Origin: Balanoglossus misakiensis
Taxonomy: Eukaryota; Animalia; Hemichordata
Direction of reading: 5' to 3'
DNA: 64,000 bases
Assembly (NCBI GenBank): GCA_040954595.2
Contig: CM082583.2
Span: 6,012,849 to 6,076,848, forward strand
The notes beneath the pieces were generated by a model that was not told where the DNA came from, made no database searches, and saw nothing but the letters and a program-made list of their open reading frames with translations. The translations under genes and the position numbers were made by a program. Below, piece by piece: positions 24,501 through 39,596 of the stretch. Position 1 is the first letter of the stretch. Every line of letters begins with the position of its first letter.

Positions 24501-27500
24501 GTAACCCCGCTAAACGTCCGCACCGGCGTCGTTAGATCAGTGTGTGTGCGTGCATGGAGGGACTGTGGATCAGACTAGTCGCCGGTACGCAGCAATAAAA
24601 CTGGGATTAACTCGATTGTGGACTGTGTGTCGTGTCCCCCGACTGAAGATGGCGTATCAGGAGACAGCGTGACCAGATTCAGATCAGAAACTGAACTGTG
24701 CCACATATAATGTGACCCTGCCGGGGTCAGACTTTTTACTTGATTATTTGTAGAACGCCCTGAAGTAATTCTAATAAATGTACTTCTTTTTTCTCTCGGA
24801 AAAACACGGTCATTCTGATCGGCTTGGGAAAAATCAATTTAAAAACTCTGAAAGGGATCGATTCAGCCTAAGAGGGAAACAAGACTTTCTGTACTGAGTT
24901 TTGCGGCGCACATTACAGTTACACTCAGCCAAAGCCTTGTGTGTTTCTCATGCACGTGATTGTTTCGCTATACAGAGGACTAACTTGATTGCTGCACTTC
25001 ATTTCAAACTGATGCGCATGCGCAAGTAAGTACTCCGAGATTACCTAATCACTGGAATAAATGCGAACCGCACTACTTGCCAGGAGCGGCATTTACGTCG
25101 ATAAGTTTAAAGTCTTCTGTCTAATTAAGAGTAACGATGTAATCAAAAAGCACGGGGCTGTTTTCCTTCCAGCACAAATAACAGAAAAAAAGTTCGGCGG
25201 CCGTGTCGGTGCGGTGTATTGAATAACGGGAGAACTCTCTGCTTGCTTGGCCCATTTAAAGACGCGTGCTTCCTGATAAATCAAATTCGGTCAAGTGTGT
25301 ACATTAAGGCCGTATGACCAGGTGCGTAAACAATTAACGCACGCGAGTGTGCGGAAATCGAAAGGGATCCTTAAGTGTTGGAAACAGAATCTGCGAGTGT
25401 CGTGGGCAAAGGCGTCCATCTTGGACCAATCAAGCAACGTAATACGTGCAATGCGACTGGTCAATATAGGGATCAAAAGACAACGATTGCCTCCGGCGAC
25501 CAAGACATGACACACAAGGTCGATTGGCATAAGATGAACGGCGTACACACATTGCGGATAGCTTTCGGGAAGGTCAGGGGGAAACGTCAATCGGAGGAGA
25601 ATTTTAATATGCACAGTGGGCGAAAGTGAAGGAGCACTCCCTAGCCGGATACTCTTTACAAGATGGCCAAATTTAGGAGCATGAACGATTAATGTGTATG
25701 ATGAAGCGTTGTTGATTCTATGACGTGGAACTTGAAATGATTTCAAAACTCACAGCGAAGCAGATATTCTCCTCAGAATTGACATTTTTGACCCAGCATG
25801 ACGGAGTGACAAAACCCCATTGGATGGCACATAAACTGCACCTTCATAAGTAGAGAAGTAAGCTTGTCGTTTCGTGTCTGCTAAACACACAGTCATTCGG
25901 AACAACTCAGACTGATTAAGACAAAGAAATTGAATTTTAGGTCAGTTCACTGATTAGTCATATTTCGGCGCATTTTCTGTCCCGTTCCCACCTATACAAG
26001 TCTTTGCATGTCGACATCAGGCCGCTTTACGGACAGGTGATTAAGTCTTCAGTCAAAAGCGCTTGATCGCCAAACAGAAGCTAGTTTATCACGCTAATTG
26101 CAATGGATACTCATCCTAACAAAAATCAACCCAAAACAGAAACGCGATTCCCAGGGTGCCCTTCGATAAGCTAATCAATTTCTCCCTGAAGGCATGGCCT
26201 GGCGTACACGTCGACAGCAACCGCGAATCGATACCTGTTCATCTAAACGCGGCACCGGTCACAACCTAGCGACAACAACTCGGCGCAGAAACGCGCGCCC
26301 GTAACCCCCCTCGGTATAATCAGTAAATTCGACAATGAAAGGAAAGCAGAGACGTGCCCTCAATCAATCCTCTGCCCGTACCGTAACATGTGTTGAAAAC
26401 TATGCCAGCCAATGAATGTCACATGGCCAATGGAGAAAAATAAAAACCATCTAACTTTAGTGCATATACTGAAGCAAGCGTCAAGCGGCAACCGAGTTCA
26501 ATACTTGTATACATACCAGTAATTGTGTTGTCCTTTCTCATCAGAATATACTGACACATGTGGAGGATGGAAGAGCAGATGGTCCCCTCTGGGTACGTCG
26601 CTGCAAGAGAGAGAGAAAGGAAATTAGGGAACACTTTCAGGGGGGTACACATGAATTTGACAGCTGAGATGGGAGATAAACCGCAGCTAGGCGAGGCCGG
26701 GACTGCTCAAAATGGCCACCGATGCCGACACTGGGTGTAAACAAGGAACAGTCATCGTGGGACTTGAAATGCCGGGATTTGTGGCTGAATTGATACCGAT
26801 GTGATATAAACGTGAGTTCGATAAGAACCCGCGACTTTAAAGTACACCGGGCAAGGTCGCGGAGTAATTTACAGAACGGCGCCGTTGAGCTGAAATCCAT
26901 CGAAACGCAGAAACAGTTCAGAGAACTTCAGGCAGAACCGTTAGCTGCAAAGAAGGAGTTTAACACTCCGGAGGGTAGGGAAACAGTACGTGAAATCGAG
27001 AGATGGTACGCTGTACACAATTTGATAAAAATAGATTGAATGAGAGTATGTCACAACGCCGTTATCCAGCGAATATGCCCGTCGTGTCCCTCTGCGCAGT
27101 CGAGGTCTGTTTGGTGACGCAGATAGCATAACCCACGGTCACGTAATTTGAGTCTATGACGTTTATCTGAAATTTGGCATATATATGATTATCCTGTCGG
27201 TTTAATGCAGTTTTGGGGGCGAGTATCTATTGAATGGCAACAATTACCCCTGGCGACTCGAGGTGATGGGAGCACTGGGTTGGCATAGGGACATTCCGAA
27301 GGCGGCATTGATGATGAGAGCCCGACATCTGTTTGAGAGCAACACAAACACCCAGACAGCAACAATAATGATACACAGTGCACCCAAAGTTATACGTTTC
27401 ACTGCGAATCTATTTTTCACAGGAAGAAAATTAATATCATAGTACAAGCACTGAAACTTAAATGTTACTAGGGTTCTTACTGAAATATTGTAATGTCCTC

Positions 27501-28499
27501 AAGAAACTTGTATCAGTCCGCGGCAATATTACACACGTGGTGAGCGGACGCGATAATTCAGTGTTCCGTGAGTTCTCCGCACCGACCCGACGATGGTTCA
27601 CGCTGGCGTGCTGCTTTCTCACACAGTTCCTTCCTGAAGTCCTCTCAGAAGAAAGTAACAGGTTCACTTCACTTACAGTTGCTGGCGTAGACATGCATTT
27701 TAAGTCCGAGAGCAACGCTGAATTCAAACCAACAGGACATACCCGACGTGCTGAACTTCAACACCGAGCTCCCGCGTGGATTACAAAATTCCAGTCCCCG
27801 TCGCTCATGGCCGAGTACAACTTGTCTGTTTTCTGGTCGGCTCACGCCACTTGACTGCCGTTGCAGAGAGTCAAAAATCAAAAACCCTTACGTAATATTC
27901 AAAATACCCAGGTGTACGGCTACTACAGCTAACGCTATGTTAATGACGTACACCCTTATTGTTCATCCACCACTGATATTTAAATTCTATGCATTCGTAG
28001 CACCTTCGTAACAGCTCCAACAAGAATAATAGTTCTATCCAGAATAAACTTTGGCAGTCTAATCAACATTTCGACGGGAGAACATTAATTGTTAAACACC
28101 GCTCCAACACGGAATAAGCCAATCTCGTTTGAAAACAAGTCAATGTAGTCACCAATCGACGTGACACAAACATGTCGACCTTCTTTATGCAAGTTCAAGT
28201 TGTAGCCACGACATCCGATGGAAAATATTATTTCCAGTGGAAAATTAAATACTTGAAAACAAACACGGAGTAATTAATTAAGGACTAACATGTCCAATTA
28301 TGTGACAATACTTAAATTACACCCTAAATTAATAGGCACGTTTCTGTGGATATTAACAAATTAAATATTTTTTTCGCAGCTAAAATTAAAGAAAAAATGA
28401 TTAAAGTTACTAATTAATCTTTAATGAATGCTAAAACAAATGTTTGCTTGTCAAATTCTTTCATTCACACTCATGACAATGCAACTAAATTGTAATGAT

Positions 28500-28731
28500 A
28501 GAGTAAATTTTTTTTCAAATTTGCCATTCAAAATGGCCGCCAATATCTATGTTTGCTCTATGGAGAAAAATTAGAGTAGTGATTTTGAAGGGAAAAAGTG
28601 AATATCCCGTTCTCTTCTTTGTTTAAAAAAGTATTCCACACACACTGTAGCGAAGAATTTTGAAGGGTTAGCTTTGGAGAATTATTGTCATTTTGTCTGA
28701 AAATGTATCACTGAGGCGCGTAATTCCTTAA
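28500..28731. mobile_element. Partial inverted copy of the same TTAA-ended MITE family
   Basis: Contains TTCAAAATGGCCGCC (28527-28541) and ends GAGGCGCGTAATTCCTTAA (28713-28731). Its reverse complement TTAAGGAATTACGCGCCTC resembles the left end of the 56.8 kb copy, and end and core occur in the same order. Confidence 0.55.
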
Positions 28732-30981
28732 ACGCTGAATTAGTGTCCACTGTAAGCAAGGATTTAAAGATTACTCTACGTCAGATAACGCAAAATCCCA
28801 CAATCAGCAAAACAGAACTTCCGTCAACGTCTCCAGACTAGTTTCTTTAGCGATTGATGCAGTTTAATTTGACTAATATACGACTTAGTCATGATTACCG
28901 GAAAAGGGTTTTAACAGATTTTTTGACAAAATAGAAGGATTCCGATTTCGCAGATCGAGTTGAAAGACGGTGATGGCGTGACTTCGCCTTCGCGCCTAAT
29001 TGGTCTTCATTCTTACTCAACGCGATTAGGGCTTCATTTCATTATAACAGTTGCCTTTATCAAAAACGGGAGAGTGGACGGGGAAATTGCAATAATGTCT
29101 TCATTACTTTACCACTTTAAACACTTTGTGAATACCAGTTGCCACGAAAAAAAAATAGTTGTAGATGACTTTTTTACGACATCGCCGAATGACCTTTCGG
29201 TGCCAGTGGTCGATTTTTATCTTATCCTGACAAAGTCTGTTAGTATGATCTTCCATATTTCCAAAAGTGGAAAGAAAGCCATGCCTTCACAAACTTGTCG
29301 GCGTCTGGGCGACTAACTTAAAAACCGAAGAACAACATGTTTTGATACAACGTGCACGGTGAATGAAAGTTTAACGTGATGTCTGTGTCCATCTCGAATG
29401 GGACTGTTATAGTAAAAATAAATAAAACATGCTCATTATGACGTTAACAGGTTTGAGAATTCACTTTCCACGGGGAACGGGCTATTTCGCTTTCGATGGT
29501 ATAAATGTTACGACTTCACTTTTTGACATGCGCACTGGAAGCAAACCCCGATGAAGACTGCAATGTTTTCGTGGATGGCAATTGAAACTTTTTAGTTCTT
29601 TGACGACAAACACAGCCGGCAATAAGCAGTAACTCGCTCTGTTACCATGGAAACATGGCATCCGCTTAGCAATACACCTCGCAGGGTGGATTTGCCTAAT
29701 TTTCCACCGAGGACAAATATAATTGGCGAAAATCCTTGAACGGTGCTATAGTTGCAGAGAAAAGTTGCTGTTTGAAAAAGAAACATGCCCCCTTCCACCC
29801 CCGACACCCCGCGGGTTTCTTACTGCGTGTCATCATTTCGTTTCAACAATGAGAAAACGCTCCACCAAGACCTATGTGTTTGTCACGACATACGTGACAG
29901 AAGCGTCGAACCTTCTAGTTGAGACGAGTATACAACGCCAGGTATAACATGCTCAAGAGTCGATTTTCGTCAATGACAATTAAGGCGTGGCAAATACCGT
30001 CCGTTGAGGCTTCTCCTTGAAATGAGAGACCGGGGAACGGTGGATTTCTTTCAATGCAAAACTAAGGGCAAATCATGCCGAGTGTGCGGGCAACTTTTTA
30101 ACTCATTAAAATGTGTTCTTCTCTTCGTCCGTCCGTACAAGAGTACTCCCATACACCCGGACGTACGTGTTTACTATACATATCTCGATATATTCAAGCA
30201 ACCAGCCTGGAAATCCACCAAAATAAGTCATAAATCATCAGTCCTTGCCCTTCCGTAAAATATTGTGAAATAAAAAAAATTATATTATTATAATTAGTCA
30301 ATAGGGAATGTCAGTAGTTCAGTTCAAATTTCTTTAAATTCACAACAGGGAATTCACAATGAATATTTAGCTTGCTACAACATCACAAGTGGCCTTGTTT
30401 TTACTCAGTCTAAACGCTGTGTGTGGCCATTGAACTTAATTGGGGAATAGAGCAATTTTGTTAAATGTATATAATTTGTCCATCACAGTGGACGTCAAAG
30501 GTATCGACAGGTGTTGATGTGACCACTCGGTTGTCACGGGCGATGAAAGGGACTGTGTTTATAACGGGGTGAAAATGACGAAAATTGATAATACAGCGCG
30601 TCACTGTATTTCCCATGAGTCAACGCGCCTATTGGCCTTCAGCGAAACAAAAACAATCAGGTGTCGCCGGAGACCGTAATTTGCGGTAAACGGGGAGAAG
30701 CCGTCACTAATTGCAGTGAAGATTCTTCAATAAATGCGGAATGAAAATCCAGGCCGAGCTTATCAAATATCAGGGGAACCTGGCCATCATCTCCACTGAT
30801 TTTGTTGTACACTGCGTTAATAGCCAACGAAGCCGGGTACTCTTCCAAAACCAAGAACATAGATTATACTCTTCCGAAATCAGGATCGAATGCCCTATAG
30901 CTACAACACACAGTCTCAAAGCAATCCACATGACTGTTACTAGTCTGGTATCCATAACCCAGTGTGTTTTAAACATTATTT

Positions 30982-31012
30982 AACCAACCAACCAACCAAC
31001 CAACCAACCAAC
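30982..31012 (+). repeat. (AACC)n microsatellite, possibly a retroposon 3' tail
   Basis: About 7 AACC units directly after TTTAAACATTATTT. Confidence 0.85.
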
Positions 31013-34000
31013 TTCTCATGAAGTTTGATCATACATGTTAAGTTCACATTGTACTCAAATGAGGAATATACCTATCAAGCATATACCCATAAGGCATCCA
31101 TTTCTGTGGCAAAAAAAAACTTTAAAGTTTTATCACGTTCAGTGAAACATGTTTTGCAAAGTTCATCTATGCATAAAACAAGTTCAACTTGATCATGGGC
31201 ATAATTACATCCTGCAAACCTTTCGCATAGTAATAGTCGATAATCAACACACAAACGTGTATGTATTGCTAAAGGGATAATCACATGTTCTTAGATTCTA
31301 AGTTGCATCAAATTAGTTATACAAGCCACGCTCATCAAACTATAATCAGGATATGATCTTGACTTGACATGAATATCCTACGTACCAATGATGTGATATA
31401 CCTGAACAGTCACCCTCTGTCTTCACAGTTGGGTAGAAGTTTTGACAACTCGATTCGAATATTTAACGCAGATATGCTTCAATTTTTCCATACCAGTTTG
31501 AATATATTCATGAGAGAAATTCATTTCTAAATACTGAATTATGAATTATGCAATAACGAGACACTACATGTTTTGCACATTCATCGTGTCGGACGGGAAT
31601 CATTAAATTCCAGTTTATAGTCCGGTTGCCACAATGACTAATCATTTTACTTTTTTTTAAATGCACTTTACCGTGACATTTAAGAAATAAGTGACATGGC
31701 GTTTTGTTTCGGGTCTTTCCAGTCATTCGGTTTTATTCCGAAGAATTTTAATATCTCAAAGTCCGTATGGCAGCCCAGTAATTGGACATTACTGTTTCAT
31801 AAGTTTGGTCTCGCCCAAAGGCCCTGTTTGTAATCGTCGTAATTACCGCCAGCAATATTGTTTTTGGTGGCAGAATACGAAGTTACATAACCCCCTTAAC
31901 ATGAATTAGGTTGGCGCCGAACCTATTAACAGGTTGAGCAGTCATAGTCATGCTACCCTGCATCATTTATATTAGTCTGATAAAATCATGAGTTTTTTTA
32001 GTTTCACCGAAATAGTTTTCAATACATTAGCTTGAAAGGAGTACGTCGTTAAATTTGAGTCAATCGATTCTTTGTGCGCTCGTTGTCTGGCATTTACGCT
32101 CTTTACATCGTGAATGGACGCTCATGTCGATAATATTTATACTTTATGGCGACTTGATCCGACACCTACCGTTCCATTTGTGTTGGCAGTATTTATTTCA
32201 AGGCCAATATTTAATCATTTCAATAACTAGCGCGCCATCATTTCGCCCATACGTCCATGCATCAACGTCACATCAATCTGAATGCGACAGTCCATATCAC
32301 CTAATTGTGCAACCAATCGGTACGTTGCCATTTCATAGGCGTCTTGTGCCACGCACATGTAACTAACAAGGTCTCAACTTCCTAATGACATAAGTGTACA
32401 GTTTAAGGCATCAAAGAGGGACCGTGACAATAATGCATGACAGCAATACAAGTAAATATCTTTCTGGGAACTTTCACTGGCTGCGCATACGACGCAGACC
32501 TGTAGTATACCTGAGCTGTCTCCTGATAACAGCCATGCAAATAAATCGTGGCAATTCTCTGCGCCGCACACATACATGTCAAGGACCGGTTTGTATTCCT
32601 AAGAGTACCTCCTAATTTGCAGAGAAAATGGCCAATTAAAATCAGTCCTATAAAGCCTGTGATCCGTTTTAAGTCTTATAATATTGACAAAGACAGCGCA
32701 TGCATTTCAGTTAGTCTTCGCAGTTCGGAGCTTCGAATGTAAAAGTGCACAGTACCACCTTGAACGACGTCGTGAATTTTCGTAACCTTCCCTCCCAACA
32801 AGGTTGCTTATCAGTAATACAGCAATTGCAATAACCAATAGTCAACAACAACTCTGATAAGAATGACATGGCGGAGAATGCACTCAGTAAACAAGGACCG
32901 CGATGAAATATTACGAAAACTTAATTCGAGGAGACATCTTAAGATAATGACGATGTCAATTCTCCGAGAGCGCCGGGATACAGTAGCATCTTGGGAATAA
33001 AACATTATAGGAAGATGACTTTGCCAAGATTACAACCTAAATTACATTTCAGTGTATTCGAAGTAATACAATCGCAACAAGCTTTTGTATATCAGAGTTT
33101 TCGCGCTCGTTAAGAATATTTCGCTGGAAGCATTATATGTATATACATCTGCAAGTTTTGAAATTAATTGAATGTCTGTTATGCTCCCGAACGGAACATA
33201 ACATATGATATACATGTATGTCATTGAGTCAGCTGACCACCCGTGATAATTCCGAGATAATCATTTAAGATTAACTTTGATTATTAAATTAGATATATTC
33301 TATGACACTCTAAGATTTATATGATTTATAATCGAATGCCCAAAATAAATATTGATATAAACCAATCCAGTAATGAAATTGGTAAAATAATGTTTCAGTT
33401 CCAGCAGCTGTGCCAACTGTAGGAAATCACATCTGTGACGTCATGTCTCATCAAATAAATAAATTTAGTGCAAGACGTTGATGTCTAAACATGTGTGGTT
33501 GGTGGCTCTACTAAGCTCTTGGACTTTCCTCTGTTCAAAGCATAATCACGTAATATATCATGGACAAAGTAGAGCGACTGAAATCCATCATTATGTGAAC
33601 GCATCGTCTATATTGAAAAACGTAGTGAAAAGTTATCGTTTCATACATTGTACTTCACAAGATGGGTCGACTCCACGAAGAAGACTTGTGTACCTACGCG
33701 AACAAGCTAACAAAATTAAATTGTTGTTGTTGTTGTTGTTGTTTCAACGGCGAATGAATAACTGGCGAACTGCGACTGCGATGCGAAGAAACCCGAGCGC
33801 TTTCCACTTTAACATATCATTGCCTCAATTTTTAATGAAATGACACTTGAGACGACGTCTCTACGTGTACAATCTAAAAGCATAAAAGGAGCTTCGAGTA
33901 ACGAGTTAAAAAAATAATCGGGCGTATTGAATAAAACAACAGTGGTTGAGTGCGTATTATTTTGGTTCACTCTGTTTACGACGATATAATGCAAAAATAA

Positions 34001-34806
34001 CTATTGCCATTTGAATGTCATCTTGGTGACAGAGCGGAAAAGCATCGGCGTGATAAAGATATTATGGAAAGTAACGACGCTGAGTCGTTGCTTTGATATT
34101 AAAAGCCTCATTCAGGCATATGAATACATCAGGCAAATCTAGCTACAGAAAAACTGGCAAGTTTAGTCATAATCTGGCAGGGGAGTAAAGTAAAGTAAAG
34201 TAGTCAATGGATCTTCATCAGGCACAATGCAAGTTTGCATGTCACTGTAAGCAAACTTTCAAATAAAGCCATCGACACAATGGTCTGTGAATATTTTATT
34301 GCGAATTAACTTCAGTCAGAGATCCAATCTCCCGGGTATTAATCGGCTAGTCGTTTTCCCTTTCAAAAAAAATCGTGTCCGCTGTTTTAATTGCGCAATA
34401 ACCGTTTCGCCTCCATTCGCTCGGTGTGAAAGGTGCGTGATCGAAACGGGAAGTGGGTCGCCGGTCTGTTTCAAAAGCCACAGTGGCAATGACAAGAAAA
34501 TGGCGGCTGTCTTTTACATCACGTTTAAGGATGGCGGGACGCGACGCCTTTGTATTAGCCGCTCGAAAACGCCTACCTAATGCACCTTGCTCGGCGCATA
34601 CACCGCTGAGTGTTTTTTCTAAAGCATTCGGTCATCAATCTGTTGATTTATTTCGATACTACGATTGATTAAATTCGCTAAATCAACAAGTGATCCGTCA
34701 AGATTACTAATCAAACGAAAGCCCTCATTCTTTGACGTGCTGCTTCCTGACAAGGCCATACAGAGACTTCACATCTTGAGTGGCTAACTTTGTATACTTT
34801 AGTGAA

Positions 34807-35009
34807 ATATACGCGACAAGGGCAGCACAGAAGGAAGAAGAAGTACTTAATTTGACTAAAATTCTTCTAGGGTCGAGCATCGCATCTATATTTTCCTATA
34901 GAAATATCAGAAACCCTGGTTTGCGATGATCGACCCGGCTAGAATAATGGTACTCAAATCAAGGTGTTTATTCCGTGGATTTCTCCTAAGCTGCCCTTGT
35001 CACACATAT
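34807..35009. mobile_element. Foldback/MITE-like element with nested inverted repeats, about 200 bp
   Basis: Outer IR: ATATACGCGACAAGGGCAGC (34807-34826) vs GCTGCCCTTGTCACACATAT (34990-35009). Inner IR: GGGTCGAGCATCGCA (34870-34884) vs TGCGATGATCGACCC (34922-34936), one mismatch. Near-palindromic centre ATATTTTCCTATAGAAATAT. Confidence 0.7.
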
Positions 35010-35656
35010 CTTAATAATCCTACTTTGAAATAATAAAGTGCCTAACAGTACATGTAGTTGGTCATTCATTCTTTGTAGCTAAAATATGCAAGTTCATACA
35101 CACGTAAGACTTATAGTACATGTAGTAGTGAGTACACGTACTTACTTCTTGGACTACAGATGTATCACTATTGTTGCATCATACATGTGATAAGAACATT
35201 CTCGGCACAGACTGCATATTCAATTTAAATACGTTTACTATTGCATATTCCTGTCTTAAACTGCGTCTTGTAGATAGCATGTTAAAAAGGATAATAAAAC
35301 CAGTTACGATCATTTCGCAGTATACCTTAGCCAGCATTGAGTAATAATACTATTATAGAATGCGATACAACCGACGCTCTGACCTCAAGGCAGAGATAGT
35401 TGCCATAGCAACGTCCAATTCTCGCTTTACTGTTAGTGCTAATAGGGGGTGTGTTGATAAAGTTTAACGAGGGTTCGGGAGAAAAAAAATCAGTGTCTAC
35501 TCTCAAAATGGACATAAAGCTACGCTACAGGCTACCTTGTTAACGAATCCCAAAATCTTAATACATTTGTACCACTGCATGGACGATGAATAACCGCAGC
35601 AATTCTCGTGTCCATACGGCAACGAAGATAAGATGCCAACTAGCAGCTAACGATAT

Positions 35657-35787
35657 ATACATACATGCACACATACATACATGCATACATACAGACATAC
35701 ATGCATTCATAGATACATACATACATACATACATACATACATACATACATACATACATACATACATACATACATACATACATACATA
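35657..35787. repeat. (ATAC)n tetranucleotide microsatellite
   Basis: Pure from about 35713, degenerate on the 5' side; source of the MYVC/IHTY junk ORFs. Confidence 0.97.
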
Positions 35788-38700
35788 GACGTAATTAATG
35801 CCGGACGTGCTTGATTCGCTGCAATTTGTTTCCAAACACGGACAATATTCAAAATGACGGACGCTACTTTTCACACGGAGCCAGGCATCTGTTCCAACTA
35901 GCGAGCATGACATAAATAGTGTAGGCAGATAAAATATGCAGCGTGCCCTTTCAACAAGAAACCGAAAGTCGCAGGGGTGACGATTCCCACCAAGCCAGAG
36001 GCGACAGAGCTGTCGCCCCAACAGACATAAGGTGAACCCTGTCCCTTATAAGTAGAATCATCTTGTATCCAAAAGCACATTGGTTAATTGTTACATACGC
36101 GTGATCCCCCCCCCCCGTAACCATTGGGCAATTCCTCGGGACTATGTCGGTTTTGCTAATAGAATTACAATCAGAGGCGTCTATGTCACAAACGCCACGG
36201 CTGCCGAATCGCCTTAACAACACTACATATAGTGACCAACACAAAGTAACCCTCTACGCGGAAATTAGCATAAACCAATCCTGTCGTAGCGATGCTGCAG
36301 AACAGTACTGCTATCTGTAGCACAGGCTTGAAATTAGCCGAAACCGCCAAGACGTGCCTTACATGTATGTGCGATTCACTGACATATTACCTCAAATGGC
36401 ACTATGGGCTGTCACACGATACCGAAATATAATTGTTTCTTCGGATTAATTTTTGAACAGACTCCAGAGATTTCGAGTTTAACAGTCAATAAAAAGACTG
36501 GGCAATGTTGCAAATAAAAAGCACATTATCGCTATAAACACAGGCAAGCATACGTGGCAATATGCTCAGCTTTGTGCCACGGCACGTATTAAATGATTAA
36601 AAAGGATGCCTTTACCACCGACAAACACAGTCAGACTTCTCTCCCAATAATTGATTTTCGCGGAATATCAGTGATATGCACTAGAAAGTTTGTACTGTTG
36701 TCCGCTCTAGTTATTTTTCACAAACAGTGATCTGAAGAAAGGAAGGTATATGATAATGGCATCGTCGTATACATGTAAGACGATTGAAACTACTTTAGCA
36801 TGGCTGCACTAGAACATACAGACTAGTACTTGGCAAGAATGACGTAATTTTTGCCATTGTTTCATCAAATACAATACGGCTAATCAGTACAGCTGGTGCA
36901 CGCGTGCATTATGTCGAGAGTTTTCAACAATTTATCCGGGCCCAATTATCTCTAAAAGAAATCCAATCGCCGTATTTACAAGCTATCGTATCTACAACTT
37001 ACATGTACATGTATACCGCCTGATTCATATCCTATCGGAATAATTATTATTCAATTACAGAGAAGCCATTATAACTTTCCCTTTGATCTCTTACCCGTGG
37101 TAACTTGACATCGACAACGGGGTATAATTAGTCTCGGTAACTGTGAGAGCTACTTCACTATCGCATTTTTCGATATTTACAATATTTTGCAGTCTGACTA
37201 CTGACAAACGTAATAAGAATTGTCTGCATTGGTTTTCTCCTTACATTCTTTCCCAAAAGTTAAGTTCATTTCCTTCTCTCGATATAAATACAATGTAACT
37301 GTGACGAAGCCGTGCGAAAACCACATACAAGTCATTGAACTGTACAGACACGTGCACCTACAGGTATACTATAAATATGTATGATCAATATTTATATTTA
37401 TAAAGACCCGCATGTATATTTCATGTCATTCACCACTTGCATATTTTAGCTGCATATTATGAACGAGCAACTATGCTGCCATTATCGCTTTTCTTCACCG
37501 CAATATCGGCATGGCAACAAGAATGTTTAGATGCTACTCTGCGAAATACCGACAATGGCATGGGCGCGATTGGTAACTCATTTTAGAACATGAAAATATT
37601 TGTATATATTTATGTAATGACAAGGTCTCACGTCTCACACATAACATTGGTTCAAGTAAGAACACATGTAATCAAGTACCACCACTGAGAATTGAGATGA
37701 ATGTTAATGTCTACACATTAGGTCACACACAATGCAACAGAAACACTCAGCCCACAGTAAGTGTAGCCGCCAGAATGATGATGTCAAATCAGAATTTCTC
37801 AATATCGAGACGAATGACTGCAAAACATGACAGTGCGCCAAGAAATGTCCGTAATCAGTCTCTAAGTGTTTGTTCACATTGAGCGCACTGTCCTTATCTA
37901 ATTTGCTGGTTCAAATCGTCGCCATGGTAACACGCGATCGGACATACAATGTAACTTGCCGCCACATCTGTAAAAGATAACGTTGTTCTCGATGTTCCCA
38001 CAAATTTGGTTTTGTCAAATGTAGTTTTCTGTCCGACAAGTTGTGTCATCAACGTATTGAATCCTTCATCTGCTTTTTTCAATTGCCGGTGTTCTGTGAC
38101 ATTGAGACAGGGCAGGTCACGAGGAATGGGTGTGATAGAGCGCGAAATAACACATCATGGGGAAAAACGACAAACCAATCACCACCGACCGCTGAAGGAG
38201 TCTATATTTCCAATGATCGATCGGGATTATGTTCAGAGAGAGAGACAAGATGGCGGCAAAGGCAGCGGTGGACGTAAAGATGCACTTGCAGACGGTATAA
38301 TTGAAGGGGGAATGTGTATTGTGCAGTCTAATAGCGTTCATATACGGCGCTCCAGCGCTAGTAATTGAGGTTGACAAGCGGCTTTAAGCGAGACGAAATA
38401 GGAATGCCTTCAAAATGACCAGCATTATGCCGTTGAAATCGCTAATAAGTATATTTAGCATTCGTGCCACCAACCCAATGTTCTTGTTTGAAAATGCGAA
38501 TTAGCTATACGCGCTGTTCAGACCTGTAATCTGATAATTTAAGATCATCTTATGATACGCGGCAACCTGTTGTGTTCGCAAGTCAGTCTTAGAATCGAGC
38601 CTTAGCATGCAGCCATTCTCGATATCTTTCCTTGAAAGTGCGCTCGCTAACAACGTTGATCTGATTCACAATAAATGTATATAACCTTAACATTTGTCGC

Positions 38701-39412
38701 TAGTGGATAAACAAAATACAACCAGCCTTTGACTGTCAGACTTACCCGACATCCAGACAAACTAGAGATTGGAAATTCGGCGAAGTCTTACACGCTCCAA
38801 AGGCTGACAACATCGCTGTTTGTGTCTTTGCAAGGAGCATGCGCAAATATAGAGAAGCCGCGACAGAAGCAGTGGGTCAAATGTAATTACGCTGTCGCCC
38901 TGTGCAACCGACAGAGCCGGCTCTGAATACATTTACAGACGCTTGAATCTGCGTTGCTTTGATCGCAGGCTCTGCAGATATACCACGGATGAATGGTCGG
39001 GCGAGTGCGATATGCGTAAACGATCATAATACTCGACCGCCAATGATTTCTGCAGTGGGGAGTCAAGGTCTAGATACGGTATTATATGCATAGAATTTGT
39101 GACCTCTGACACGCACGCGTAAATGTAACGAGACAACCTGAACGTAAACCTTGAACGTTTTGATGTGATCCTATTCACAACGGATGCCTGTGCAACAATA
39201 CAACGAGATGAGAGTAAGACCTTTTGTGTCAATATAGACTGAAGCAGATGCCGTGGATTATCAATGCTTTTGAAGTTTTTGGTGCCGCAGGATGTCCTGA
39301 TCATGTACACATGTTGTTAAACTTTGATCGCTATGAACTGTATATTTTATGCGCGTTATTCAGACTGTGTAATGTATGTGCGTACATATATTATGTGTCT
39401 GTAATATACATG

Positions 39413-39511
39413 ATGTATGTATGTATGTATGTATGTATGTACGTATGTATGTATGTATGTATGTATGTATGTATGTATGTATGTATGTATGTATGTATGT
39501 ATTTATGTATG
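39413..39511. repeat. (GTAT)n tetranucleotide microsatellite
   Basis: Directly visible, with two interruptions. Confidence 0.97.
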
Positions 39512-39596
39512 GAGAGTAGATTCATACATTTTTGGTTGTTTTGTATCTTTTTCTGGAGCAGTAGTTTATTCTCGCCGTTATAGGTGTCGCATAGTA

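Noticed and set aside
26812-27039. 75-aa charged ORF vaguely reminiscent of a Tx1/L1 ORF2 linker region
   Set aside because: No endonuclease or RT motifs nearby, and the similarity is too weak to call by eye.
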